NCBI GenBank assembly: GCA_034780895.1
Contig: JAUZTB010000107.1
Coordinates: 18,790,113-18,854,112, forward strand
Direction of reading: 5' to 3'
Origin: Rhynchobatus australiae
Lineage: Eukaryota
Length of the DNA stretch: 64,000 bases
Both the position numbers and the translations under genes were made by a program. The notes under the pieces are model-generated. The model had not been told where the DNA came from. It did not search any database and worked only from the letters and a program-made list of their open reading frames with translations. This document shows positions 25,541-39,359 of this stretch, in pieces. Numbering within the stretch: the stretch's first letter is position 1; the number at the start of each line of letters is the position of its first letter.

Positions 25541-27349
25541 CTGTGAAAACATAATATGTAACGGAACTATCATGGGGCTGAGGATGCTATCCATGTGCAC
25601 AATTTTTTTTAAAAAGCTGTTCAGTTAAAAGATCCACGATTTGGTGTCAAAATAACAATGAGGCTAATAGTGTTCATTGTTATTTCTTTTGCAAATTGTG
25701 CAGTATTCCAGGTGTAGCAGGCATATTGTTCAATGTGAGAATCCAAAAGCTGTTGTCTGTATTGCACCACTCTGACACTAGCTTTGCATTTAGTAGCTAA
25801 CCATTAAAATGCAATCAATTGCACGATGTTGCAGTATTTGTACAATAGATATAAACTGAAACCACTACAGAAAGTTAGGTCTTGTCCACTTTTTTGTATT
25901 AACATAATGTTAATTATTGCCAAACAATCTNNNNNNNNNNNNNNNNNNNNNNNNNNNNNNNNNNNNNNNNNNNNNNNNNNNNNNNNNNNNNNNNNNNNNN
26001 NNNTATCAAATTTACACTCTTTTCTTAGAAGCAACTCTTCTTTCTCTTAATCTGATCTTTCTTTCCCTCTCTTTATTTCCCTTTCTGTAACAAATTTCAC
26101 CCATTGCAATTCACCATTCTTAGTCTTTGGTCTAATGGGCCAGATGATGTATATAACCGGCTGACGGTTCTATAGAAAACTAGTTTCAGTACGTGTATCA
26201 GAGAGTCATATGGCATAGAGACAGACCCTTTGGCCAACTGAGTCTGAGTCTGTATCTGTGTCTGCTATCAAGCACCCATTAAACTAATCCTGTTTCTCTT
26301 TGTTCTCATCATATTTCCATCAGCTCCCCCCCAGATTCTACCACTCACCTACATACAATGGACAATTTACTGTGGCTAACTAATCTACCTAGATCTTCAT
26401 ATCTGCACACTGCAGCCTGGGATTACTGAATGTGCTGGTGATCGAGAACTTCCAACCTCTGCTCCTCCAATGGACTTAGTGGGTCCAGATTGTACTGAGT
26501 TTGGGGGCTGACCTTCATTAAAAATGGAAATGAAGTAAGGTCATTTTTTCCCTTCTCTCATTTGATTAATATTCATGTCTTTAATTACTTCCCTATGTTA
26601 AATGCACTTTTACAAAATTTGTATTTTTATATTTTTTTTAAAAATATTTTCAAATTAACTTCCATGATTTTCAATTGTTTTTGGAGACAGTGAAAAAAAG
26701 CCTTTGATAGCACAAGCAGTCAGACAATCACTTGGACAGTCTGGGGGGGCAGGTCTTCATGTTCCTCTGCCTGAGGCCTAATTCCCATTCATTGCTATTT
26801 CCAGCTCACAGTGTGGATGTGGAAGCCTCCATGACATTGTGAGCCATGTGGATGCAAGCATTAGGGACTAAGGGACTAGTGTAAGTGTGCTCAAGGCAAG
26901 GGTCACGTGGAGAACTGTTTGTGCCAATATGCCCAAATTGTTCATTCTGATTTGTTAAGAAAATACATAGTTACCTTCCCTGTTAAATTAGGGTAACTGG
27001 TTTTGCTCAATGCAAAGCTAACAATTAGCACTTTTGACTATTTGGGGCTCAAAGTGTCATTATACAAAATATCCAGAAGCAAATCTAACTAATGCAAATG
27101 CTGGCCAACGTTGTCCCAGTATAGTTCAATAATATGCATTCGTAGATTCATAGAGTTTTACAGCACAGAAACAGGCCCTTTGGGCCAATTGGTCCATGCT
27201 AACCAAGATGCCTATCTAAAATAATCCCATTTGCCCACATCTGACTCATATGCCTCTAAACTTTTCCTATCCATATACCTGTCTAAATGGAAAACAATTC
27301 ACACAATCTGCTAATCTAAAAGAAGCCATAATCCAGTCTTCTTTTTATT

Positions 27350-28240
27350 TCTCCATGGAATGTGGATGTCACTGGTAAAATCAGTAGTTATCGTGTTGAC
27401 TCCCAATGACATTGGCTTACTCATTTTAGAGCACAGTTAAGGGTCAACTACATTGGTGACTGTAGAGAATTATACAGCTAAAGAGTGACAACTTTCCTAC
27501 CCTGAAGGACATTAGTGAACCAAATTTTTATAACAATCAAGATTGTAATCCACAATCCACTTTCGTCAGCCCTCACCTGGAGTACAGTTCTGGTCACCAC
27601 ACAAAAGGATGCAAAAATGCCAGAGAAGGTGCAGAGGAGAGTTTGGAGGATGTTACCTGGGATGAGTGTTTTAGTTATGAGGAGAGACTGGAGAGAATAG
27701 GTCTGTTTTCCCTGGAGAGGAGAAGTTTAAGAGGGGACATGATTGAACTATGAGGTAGGCTGGCCTGAAGGAATCTTTTCCCCTTATCAGAGATGAGTAA
27801 AATGAGAGGACATAGATTTAGGGCAAGGTGTAAGAGATTTAGAGGTGATCTAAGGGGGAGCTCTTTCACCCAGAGTGGTGAGTACCTGGAATTCACTGAT
27901 GAGAGAATGGTGGAAGCAGAGCCACTCGCAGCATTTAAGAGGTGTCTAGACAAGCAACATCTAGACATCTTGAATTACCTGGGCATTGAAAGCTATGGAC
28001 CAAATGGTGGAAGATGGGATTAATACAGATAGGTGCCCACTGATCAGCATGGACATAGTGAACTGAATAGTATCATAGAATCATACACCTGCTTCCATGG
28101 TGTATGGCTCTATGACACCATTATAGAAACTTACATTAAAAAGTATTTAATTACTTGAATGTAAATTCCACAGTTGCAGCTGTGGAATTTGAACTCACGT
28201 TTCTGGATTAAAACACCAGGCTACTGGAAACTAATAATTT
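27350..28240 (-). mobile_element. tRNA-derived elasmobranch SINE interrupted by a CR1 insertion
   Basis: Tail and core at 27350-27545 (ccctgaaggacattagtgaacc...taacaatc). Head at 28100-28240 (aaattccacag...ctgtggaatttgaactc...ctggatta). Confidence 0.6.
27562..28096 (+). mobile_element. CR1 LINE 3' fragment
   Basis: Translates as EKVQRRVWRMLPGM and MRGHRFRARCKRFRGDLRGSSFTQ...AFKRCLDK, with a 3' UTR ending ctctatgac. Confidence 0.88.
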
Positions 28241-28911
28241 AATCTGAAAATTATTTACTTATGATCCCATACACCTGGAAAAAAAATCAAAATAGTGCAG
28301 CTTAAAGTTTCTTCTCTTCCTAGCTGTGCACTGAAAGACACTGAAACCTCATGCTAGACGAGCAACCAAGAGTCACCATGGCAGTAAGAGGAAAAATATC
28401 CATGAAATCATCAGGCTACTGTTAAAGCCCAGATGATTCAACAATATATTTCAGTGAAAGGAATGTACATTAACATTAATTTTTAGTGGTTATTTTGGAT
28501 CTTAAGTTTTATTCAATTTCCTCTTCTCCTTTAGGTTAAAAACAATATACTTGACATTTTCCTGACTGTTCATCTTGGCCATTTGCAAAATACGCCCCTT
28601 TAGATCAACTACTGGCACAGGGATCACATTGTGTGGATTTTGTAACACTGAACTAGTTTTATCCCTGTTTACCAAATATTACGTCAGCATTGAAATTGCC
28701 TCCATCTTAATACTTGTTTCAAAACTTAAGCTGTATTCTCTCTGAGAGAATTAAGGAGGTTTGGCATTCCTCAATCTATGGGGCTGGGGGGATTGGAGGC
28801 AGTTGATTACTTAGAAACAGGGATGCATGTCCCTTCTGTTAGGTTTTTACATTTGTTCGCAATGAGAAAGCTGATGTTCTATGGTTACGTAAGTTCAACA
28901 GTTCTACTCAC

Positions 28912-29047
28912 CCATTCCCACAGCAACAGAGCCGGTTCAAAAGTTTCTTCAATTCTTTCACCTGGGTCTTCTGATCTTCAGTCCACTTCTCATCCTCCTC
29001 ATCTGAGGCAGCTTGACCTTCTACTGAGCGGAACAGCTGTTCTTCAA
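28912..29047 (-). CDS. EFCC1: EFCC1 internal coding exon
   Basis: Acceptor ...ccttctctacatcaactag| and donor GG|gtgagt. 136 nt, phase 1->2. Encodes [45 protein letters not shown]; [16 protein letters not shown] is recalled as the EFCC1/CCDC48 signature. Confidence 0.93.
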
Positions 29048-31248
29048 CTAGTTGATGTAGAGAAGGCAACACTTAATGTCATTTAAATTTTTAGATCTGC
29101 AACACTTCAGTACCGGGATGTGATTGCACTATTCATTTTTCTGGAATTGTTCATATACTTAGCTTACAAAATTAATTACACACAAAACTATAAACTATTT
29201 ATAGGCACTGGCAGTTCAGAATTTTCCCAAAGCTTCTTGTCTTTGAGATTTTGGCTTAGAAATTTATGAACTACAAGCCTTAATTCACCACAATTCCAAT
29301 CCACAAACTAATTAGATGTTGCTCCAGTGAAAAATACATTAGGATAATATGATAATTGCATATATTAACTCACATGTCAGGAATCAAAACATTTAAGATA
29401 TATGAGTGAATAAATATTTCTTCTATTCTGACCATAATAGCTTGGACAGGAAAAGCAAAAGTCAGAATCTGTTGAATATTGCACTGTTTTAAACACTGTA
29501 AAATTTTAAATATGAGCTGTGCATTTTGCAATTGAATAATAATGTAGCCGGATCTGGACCTCTTCATTATTAAAAATTATATTGAACATAGTTTGCACAT
29601 GTCTTTAGAGTTTTGCTCTGGTTTAGAAATAAGAAAATATTATGAGATCTATTTCACAAACCTATATTATGATTGTGATCCTGCAGTAAAAATTCTAGAA
29701 CTGCTGTATAAATAGGGATTATTAATCATAATCTGCTTTACATGCATTTCTGATGTGCATTTGTATGGATTTTTGTTTGCATTAATACATGTGGTTTACA
29801 ACTTAAAGCTTACTATGAATGGGCTCATAAAAGATTTAGTTTTCAGCCTTGTTGCATCATTATCCCCTCATGGCAGTATCGGTCTCTGACTCAAACATTT
29901 ACTCTTGTTTGTATCAGACAATCCTGATGTCTGCATTGCCCTTAATTTTACTGAGAATGATTGCTGAGATATAATTTCTTTCACAATAACCACAAAAGGC
30001 ATTATCCTCCATACCCTTTTCATAACTTTACAAGGCAAAACATTAACTACATTACATATATTGTAGAGTACTAGCATTTTTTCTTATCCATATTTAAGTG
30101 AGTAGTTGCCCTTAAAAAGCAATGTCTAACTTAATCTAAAACATATTGTCTTTCCTTAAAGTAACAATATATTTCCTATTGTATCGTGATTCCTGTTCAG
30201 GCACCAGTACAGGTCCATTTGCTGTCTAACTGGATTTTGATAATGTTTCTTCTCCTGGATGATTTTACCCCTATTTTCCATTTTTCTGCCATCACAGAGC
30301 AATTTTGTATCTTAAGTTGAAGCAGTTTTATTTTTCCCATTTGTCCCAACTTATCTCTTCCCACTTCATCAGAAGATTTTTCCAATCTCTCTGAGTTAAT
30401 TAATTTAATGGAGTTAGCACCAGAAACATCAGGCCTACCGAAGCTCCCACTTTTGGGTGCAGGAATTAGAGTTATGAGACACAGTCCACCCTCCACTTAG
30501 GGGTGACTATAATATTAAAGAAGTTCCAATGGTGAAAACTGCATCATAGCAACAGCAAGAACAACAATCTACCAAATAGCTATTGGAGTGGGACTTTGAG
30601 GTTCTGCAATGTGGCAGTTCCAAGGGTAACTGTAGGGTTAGACTTGGATACAGGAAGGCAATGAGAAAGTTGAACGGTAGTGCAAAAGGAACTAACCATA
30701 GGCAGCTGCACTCAATTCAGCTCATATTGGCAAATGATCAGGCAGCTGCATTGTTCTATTGCCACTCAGGGTACCTTTCAAAGTATGACTGCAGGCATGC
30801 AACTGTGAAACAACTAAGAAACAATCAGGAAGAAAACCATGCCCTGAATCTATGTATTCACAGGAACTAACTAACAAATTCCCCTGAATAGATCAAAATG
30901 TTGCAAATGACTCTTCAATCTTGCCTAGTAGTTTATAATCCAACCTGCCTATAGTCCTTTTCAGCAGGTATAATGGGTTAGACAATAACATGTAGATTGT
31001 TGGGCATGGATTTGATTCTAGTCCAGGGCAGTAGGATGACAGACTGCTCTATCGATATGTGGATGAAGAACCCCATCAAAAGTGATCCCAATAAACAGCA
31101 AATAAAAGAACTAAATTAGAATTGAAAGAGTAAAATGAAATGAAATAAATTAAACAAATATGGAAAATAGATGAGAGGAAATAAAGGTGCTTCTGCTTAA
31201 ATAATACATAGCAGAATTTTACAATGAACATCCTCCAAATGTTCTTAC

Positions 31249-31394
31249 CATTATAAGCTGATGTTTCTGTATCGCCTGTTGGTGATCTGCGTTCCTGATG
31301 CACTGGAAGACATCCCTTCCATTCATACAATGCAAGAGGAGGCCTCCCCTCCGGAGGATTTGACTGTAGGAATTGAAACTTCATGACCTCTGAC
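31249..31394 (-). CDS. EFCC1: EFCC1 internal coding exon (most 5' exon found; probably exon 3)
   Basis: Acceptor ...tttgcttttcttttag|G and donor G|gtaag. 146 nt, phase 2->1. Encodes (R)SEVMKFQFLQSNPPEGRPPLALYEWKGCLPVHQERRSPTGDTETSAYN and joins in frame to the next exon (G+TT=Val). Confidence 0.85.
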
Positions 31395-34300
31395 CTAAAA
31401 GAAAAGCAAATAAATTGTAAGAGCAAATCCCTTTAAGATTACTGTCATTTTTGGGCTTCTCTTACCATTACTGCCCTTTATAAGTTTCTAAACTATGCTT
31501 ACATATGTAAACCCCTTTCTGTCACACATTTACAGCTATCGTAACAAGTAGAAAGTACCATACACTTTCTGGTGCACCCTGGTGATTTGCCTGGAATTGT
31601 TTCATTTACAGGATAATAAATTCATTTCAGTCCAAAGATATTATCAGTGAAGCTCAGTGAGACAAATGCTTCATTCCCATGATTTAGTTAAAGAAAGTTT
31701 GCGTTCAATGAAACTCACATTTCATTGTATGAAAATGCAACTCTTTTCACACCATAATAACAGATACAGCATATAGGTAGCTGTCTTCTACTGAATCAAT
31801 TTAGATTCATGCTAGAATTGTAGAAGAGGAGTATACTGTTTGTTATAACAAGTAGTTACATCAATGTTGATATCCTTATCATTTAATATGCAACATCAAA
31901 TAAACTTCAATAAATTTCAATAGGTGACTGGGTGGTACATTGAGTCAACAATTAACCCTTTCACTTTAGTGACCTGAATTCCAAAGCCAGTAGGGTAATT
32001 GGCCATCCTGCTGGCTGCTGATAAATAAGAATTATTATTCTTTGTTACTGTTTTATCTCAAAACATATTACTTTAAGTTAATTAAAAATGAGTTATGTTT
32101 AACTTTTTCTATTGTGGGATTTAAAACCAAAAAGATTTTTAATATATAGCAGAAGTATATAATATTAAGCAAAACTGTAAAACAATGTTAAACAATGTTT
32201 AAAACTATCCTAAATGTTTCACAGTAGTCAGGAGCTAGGAAAAGCAGTTGCCCAATTCTTCCTGCAGAGAGATTTGGTCTTGAGAAGCATCTAAGAAGAT
32301 AATCCTCCAGTAATAAGACAAAGATAGTGGAATATGTAATATGGAAAGAACCAAAATTGAAAAAAATAATGGAGTGGTTTCACTGATCATCCATTACCAC
32401 AGCTGTCAGTCAATTTTAAGACTGTTGAATTGAATTCACTGGTTGAGCCAAACAAATGAGCACATAAAATACCCCCATATCTATATCAGTGTTAGAAACA
32501 ATCCAAGAGAAAATTTTGCAGGTTTCACACTGAGTTGGAACTAATTGAAGATTGCAATGCTATAAGTTGGAAGCTTACAGTTTAATAGCTGTAGATGTGC
32601 AGTGATCTAAATTAAATTCTGTGTGTTCCAGCTCTTGCAGATTGAACTTTCCATCTGTTTGATTGTGTCCTTTTGAGTCTCAATTTTAAGAGCGCAAAAT
32701 AAAACAAGAAAGTGGTCCATCAAAATGCAAAGACAAAGGCTGGTGCAGATAGTTTTGGTTCATGTGGAGATTTTTGATAAGTATAGAGCAAAAATATCAG
32801 TGTTTGTCAGTTAAAAGTAAAATGAGATAGAGTAAAATTGTACAAACCAATGCTAAAAAATACAGAAAATGCATTTCTAATCTCAGATGGTCTTAACATT
32901 TTTGAGAGAGAGGTGGAAATTGTAATGTTTCGATATCAACAACACTTGATGCATGTTCTTACATTAGAACTAAGAACTTATAGTGCCAAATCAGATTGTT
33001 AAATTAGTTTGGAGTCACTAAAAGTATTATGCAACAACCTTTAAGCAATTTTAGTCACTGTACTTTTGTTTTGCTGTAGTTTCATTTTATTTGAGAATCA
33101 GAGAATTTTGAAGGTTAAAAAAGAAGGGAAAAATAGGAATACTGAGATTGCAGAAGCATCCTGAATTCATCAAAACTTCAGTGTTGGGCACCTTTTTGTA
33201 CTTCCACTGTAAAATGTCAAACATTTAATTGTCCTGGCAATCCACCTTTTAATGTTGAGTTTTTTTTGACAGAGATTGGCTCTTATTAATTGTACATTCC
33301 CACTGTTCGCTTAAATGAGCCACAAAACAAACCTAATTTTTTTGAAAGTAGCAGGTGATATCTTCTGTAGAATCCTTTGACAAACAATTCAGTGCAACAT
33401 TTAACAAACCCAAGTATAAAATCCATGTGGTAATATCCACCGCTCACTTTGATGACATTCAGAACATTAGAGACGCTGATAATGTATCAGTACACAAACA
33501 GGGTGGAAAGAGGTCACCATAGTGAGAGACAAACATTTCTCTTGTTCTTTTGTGCGACAGAAGTAAGCTGCTTTAGATCCCGAAACAATGTCATAGAGAG
33601 TGAAAGAGTGTAAAGTGATAGGTCCTGAAATATTATCCATGACTAATGACATTTTAATCAATGCTCCTCTGACTGGTTGAGTGCTTGAAATAGCAAACTA
33701 GAGGCCAAAATGCAGTAAGAAATTAAACACTTTAGTTATAATAATTACTCATCCTAGTACAGTTGTTTTTACTGAAAATAGAAATTACTTCCAATAATTA
33801 CCAGGAATACCTATCAACAACTTATCCTAACTGTAAGCTTCCATGTACTAAATTGTACTAAGTTTTGGGATGCATGAAGGTTCTAGTTAGCCTTGGAACT
33901 AAAAAGTATCTATGAGCACTGGATAACATCATAAATTAGCATGATGCCTTTTCACCTCTGATACTTTGATTTGACTCTGTGATGAATTACCTTACACTGG
34001 AAGAATGGATCTAAAACAAATTTACTCCTTGAATTTGGAGAGGTATTTCCCTCAGTGTAAAGTTCAAATAAATTCTAGAGACTTACATGCCTCAAGCATC
34101 AATTGAGGCCAATACAAAGATATATATCATTTTCCAAAACTACTTTATGAATTATTTTATCTATTATATTTTATGGACATGTAGATCGTAAATGTTGGAT
34201 GGGTCAGCACACACTCACGATCACAAAGCTGGCAATAGTTATTCAGGTTTGTTAGTCTCAGTTCAGCTTCAATTGTGTGCAGGTCTCAATTAGGTCACAA

Positions 34301-36535
34301 GGAAAGCCTACATGTGTAAAATAGGAACACATCCAGCATGTCCCCAATCTGAGGCTAAATTACACTGCCAAAGCAGATAGAGGCTTTACTCTGCATCTGC
34401 TCATGCAATAGATGAACCTGACTGCCTAACCTGGATTTTTTAAAACCAACATACTGTTCTAGAGCTTTGGGGCTTTTGACCTTTGTCTCTAAATCTGTAA
34501 GTAGTTCTTATCTCAACACCACTTACGTTATAAAAAGGATGAATCTGAATATTTTTTTTATCAAATCAGAACTGTCTGAATTAAGATCTCTTGGTGAGAT
34601 GCCGCACTCATTAAAAGAAATGATTTATTTCCCTTTAATCATTTTGCAAGGTTATGTTTTTCATAGTTTTTCTTTCAATATGTTTGTAAAGTACATGGAA
34701 ATGAGGCTATCCTTTGCTCAAATATATGAGTAAAGAAAATATTTAGTTGATTACCAAAGACTTCCTCATCTCTAACCCTTTATTTACTCTTACACTCCTT
34801 TTACTTTCTTCCAAGCTGCAAACCTGCAAACCTACACACTCTTCTAACCACCAATTTTCAATAACTCATAATATTCCACTTCAACTCATTCCATGCCAAC
34901 TGGTTCTTGCAATATAACTTTGCATGCTGAAACCTGTGTAGATTGAACATTTGTGACTTTCCAATACCTATTCGAAATGGCTAAGATATCTGCACATGTG
35001 TGAGGGCTTAGAAAATCTACCTATTGTGTCTTATCTTTTAGTCATGCTCTTCACCCAACATTGTCAAATACTTAAGTCCCATTCATTTCCTAACAATCCA
35101 GCTCTATTGGAGATACTGGAATCATGTTTTCAAATTTGCTGGAATCAAGATATTGACCATTCAGGATAAATCCTGCAAATGTGATTAAATTTCAGTTTGA
35201 AATTTTCATAGGTTTTGCCACCAGGGATGAAGGTCATCTCATTAGATGAAAACAGACATTCCAGTAGACAGGGTATTACTCTCTCAGAAGATTTAATATG
35301 GAAGTGAATTTTCCTGTAGTGCAGTAAATGCTGAGCACCAGAACTATTGCTAGGAGATGCATGTCAACATATCCTGGCAGTCTCATAAAGAGCAAGAGCA
35401 ATAAATGAGGAAAGCAGATGGCAAAAACTATTTCACTGGATTTACTTTCGGAGTAGGGTTTTTACTTAGAGATAGACTCAAAAATGTCTGTGTGTAATCA
35501 AAATTTCTAAACTATTTAGCAATTGTTTGCTTTTAACAAAATAGCCATGTCTGTTATGTGGATGAAAGATGTTCTTNNNNNNNNNNNNNNNNNNNNNNNN
35601 NNNNNNNNNNNNNNNNNNNNNNNNNNNNNNNNNNNNNNNNNNNNNNNNNNNNNNNNNNNNNNNNNNNNNNNNNNNNNNNNNNNNNNNNNNNNNNNNNNNN
35701 NNNNNNNNNNNNNNNNNNNNNNNNNNNNNNNNNNNNNNNNNNNNNNNNNNNNNNNNNNNNNNNNNNNNNNNNNNNNNNNNNNNNNNNNNNNNNNNNNNNN
35801 NNNNNNNNNNNNNNNNNNNNNNNNNNNNNNNNNNNNNNNNNNNNNNNNNNNNNNNNNNNNNNNNNNNNNNNNNNNNNNNNNNNNNNNNNNNNNNNNNNNN
35901 NNNNNNNNNNNNNNNNNNNNNNNNNNNNNNNNNNNNNNNNNNNNNNNNNNNNNNNNNNNNNNNNNNNNNNNNNNNNNNNNNNNNNNNNNNNNNNNNNNNN
36001 NNNNNNNNNNNNNNNNNNNNNNNNNNNNNNNNNNNNNNNNNNNNNNNNNNNNNNNNNNNNNNNNNNNNNNNNNNNNNNNNNNNNNNNNNNNNNNNNNNNN
36101 NNNNNNNNNNNNNNNNNNNNNNNNNNNNNNNNNNNNNNNNNNNNNNNNNNNNNNNNNNNNNNNNNNNNNNNNNNNNNNNNNNNNNNNNNNNNNNNNNNNN
36201 NNNNNNNNNNNNNNNNNNNNNNNNNNNNNNNNNNNNNNNNNNNNNNNNNNNNNNNNNNNNNNNNNNNNNNNNNNNNNNNNNNNNNNNNNNNNNNNNNNNN
36301 NNNNNNNNNNNNNNNNNNNNNNNNNNNNNNNNNNNNNNNNNNNNNNNNNNNNNNNNNNNNNNNNNNNNNNNNNNNNNNNNNNNNNNNNNNNNNNNNNNNN
36401 NNNNNNNNNNNNNNNNNNNNNNNNNNNNNNNNNNNNNNNNNNNNNNNNNNNNNNNNNNNNNNNNNNNNNNNNNNNNNNNNNNNNNNNNNNNNNNNNNNNN
36501 NNNNNNNNNNNNNNNNNNNNNNNNNNNNNNNNNNN

Positions 36536-36685
36536 TAAATTTAAGAGGCATTTCGACAGACACTTAAATAAGAAAGGCATAGAAGGATACAATCCTAATG
36601 CGGGCATATTGGATTAATGTAGGTGAACAAAAAAGTTGGTATGGATGTGGTGGGTCTGTCGCTATGCTTTATGACTCTATGACTA
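36536..36685 (+). mobile_element. CR1 3' end emerging from a 959-N gap
   Basis: Translates as KFKRHFDRHLNKKGIEGY, with tail tatgactctatgact. Confidence 0.8.
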
Positions 36686-36719
36686 GGAGTTACATGTAAA
36701 AATCCTTATTGAAGTACCT

Positions 36720-37175
36720 AAACAATGTCAATAACACAACTGTCAAAACCACTAGATGGATCACCTTTCTTCATGAGATGCCATAGATCATCAGATTTCC
36801 GAGAGAAAAAAATAATGGGAGTTATTCTCAGAAGAGAGAAAAAAATATTATATTGTAGTAGGTTGGTCCTATTGAGCTACATCAGGATGGCTTAATTTCT
36901 ATGATTCTTTAAAGGAGAGTTAATAGCAAGCAAGTTCCAGACCTTAATAAAGTCCTAACATAATGGCAATACAGTAATTGACAAAACTATTGGATGGATT
37001 ACCTTTCTTCATGAGATTACAAACACAAGTAGATTTCCAAGTACAGTAAAATGAATTGAATGATAAGAGTAAAGGAGACTGAAGAGATAAAAAAGTTTTG
37101 AACAAAAGAACCATTACACTAGATGGCTAGAACAATGAACGAGTCAAATATTTCAGGAAGGATCTGGACCAGATC
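36720..37175 (-). mobile_element. Ancient non-LTR RT fragment with an internal tandem duplication
   Basis: Minus-strand remnants SGPD, SKLFYL and WKSTCVCNLMKKGNPSNSFVNY resemble the LINE RT N-terminal motifs GPD...SKLF...WK.A.V.P..KKGD.S...NYRPI. Confidence 0.5.
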
Positions 37176-38374
37176 CCCAGTTAGATTGGTTTCAGCTGTG
37201 GTGCCTGCAGTCAACCCTTGCCCTCAGTTCACAGTAACAGCTAGGAGACCACAAAAACAGAGGTTCCTGCAGCTTCTGTTAAAAAGATTATTTTCTCCAT
37301 TCAATCAAACATTAGCAAGATACTTTGTAACTTGTCAAGTTTTCTCCTTCAATTCAATTAACTGTAGAATTTTTAAGAAGACTGCTCAGAAATCTTCTGC
37401 TATACGATTGATAATGAACGTCGAAGAACTCAGATTTCATTGTCCAGAGTGATTCATATTTAATGACAAACATTTCATTTCATATACTTTTGTTTGTAAT
37501 TTTTTGTTCAGTTTTTAGCGATCTCTCTTTGAAACACAATGTTTAGGTTTTTTTGTTGTCCACAGCAGAGTTTCTGCTGACAGCGCTATATCAGCCAATG
37601 AGTTGGAGTTAGGGTCATATAAATATCTAGACCCACAGCAAATAGTCTAATAAACACCAAACTAAGTAACTTTACTCATAGAACTGAGTCTTTATAAAGA
37701 GCAATAGAGACAGAATATATGGCCAAAGCTACAGTGACTTCTCCCAATTAAAGTAAGGTAACTTATTCATGAAAACGCAGTAGAGTGGAGGATATTTATG
37801 TACAAATTATGTGCACAAAATTAATCTCATTTACTAAGGTTGATGCAAACATCAAATATAATTGATCGGATAATTACACAGAAGTGTTGTCACCATCCAC
37901 ACATCTCTGGGGAAAGTACATAGAATTCTATTAAGCGCACTGTTCATTTGGGTAGAGAAACGGACTTGGAAAGGAGAACACTGACAGATTCCAACATAAG
38001 TAATTAAACGGAAGCTAAAATTGGAGCTAACTATGTTTTTCTATCCCCAATCATAATCAATTAATGAAATCTGCTAAGGTAATAATAGAATATATTTTAA
38101 TTGAATGGCTGAATTTATAGAAAGAACAACAAATTATCATTTATTGCTATGGTGATATGACCAGGATTCAACTAGATATCTTGAGACAATGATCTACAAA
38201 TTGTAATTAAGCTTCATTCTCATAAAATGCTGTCTTTTATTTCCTATCTAATAAATAATAAGCTGCTAAATGTCAATATCAATGATTTAGCAGAGTTTAA
38301 ATTAAATTAAAGGCTATTGTTTCAAGTTCTCACAAATGGGCACATTTCTAAAGGTATTAACTTGGTACTTTTGA

Positions 38375-39359
38375 CAATAGTGGTGCCTAGTGGTGTCCCA
38401 GTGGTCAGTGTTGGGACCCTTGTTGTTCGTTATTTATGTAAATGATTTGGATGTGAATGCACAAGGCTTGATCAGTAAGTTTTGAACTTAGGAGGTACTG
38501 TTGATAGTGAAGAAGGTGATTGTAGATTACAGGGGGATCTTGACCAGTTAGTGAAGTGGGCCAAGGAGGGACAAATATATTTCAATATAGACAAGTGTGA
38601 TGTGATGCATTTTGGAAAGTCAAACCAGCATAGGACTTGTACTATGAATGGTAGGGGACTAGGGAGTGTAATGAAACAGAGGGACCCAGGAGTACAAGTG
38701 CATAGTTCATTGAAAACAGTGTCACAGGTAAACAGGGTGGTGAAGAAAGCATTTAGCACACTGGCCTGCATCAGTTAGGGCACTGAGTATAGGAGTTGGG
38801 ACATTATGTTGTAGTTGTATAAGTCATTGGTGAGGCCGCACTTGGAGTACAGTGTACAGTTTTGGCCACTTTGTTTTTGGAAAGACATGGTTAAACTGGA
38901 AAGAGTGCAGAAAAGATTTACAAGGATGTTTCCAGGACTAGAGGATCTGAGTTATAGAGGTTGGCCAGGCTAGGCCTTTATTCCTTGGAGAATGAGGGGT
39001 GATCTTAAAGAAGTTTATAGAATCATGAGAGGCATAGATAAGGTGGATGGTAGCAGTCTTTTCCCCAGGGTAGGGGAATCCAAAACTAGGGGGCATAGAT
39101 TTAGGGTGAGAGGGGAAAGTTTAAAAGGGTCTTAAGGGGCAACTTTTTCATGCAGAGGGTGGTGTGTATATGGAATGAGCTGCCAGAGGAAGTGGTTGAG
39201 GCAGGTACATAGTATCATTTAAGAAGCACTTAGAAAGGTAAATACAGGGGCGGTGATTAGTGGGATACAAGTTGAACGCAGGAAATTGGGACTATATGGG
39301 TGGACACCATGGTTGGCATGGACTCATTAGGCCGAAGGGCATGTATCCAAGCTGTATTG
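38375..39359 (+). mobile_element. CR1 LINE (RT C-terminal half plus 3' UTR), comparatively well preserved
   Basis: Translates as [63 protein letters not shown] and [15 protein letters not shown], with a CR1 3' UTR. Confidence 0.93.

Noticed and set aside
35478-36617. Long ORFs of 300+ aa in the ORF track (also 5464-6069 and 19586-20206)
   Set aside because: They are made almost entirely of N gaps.
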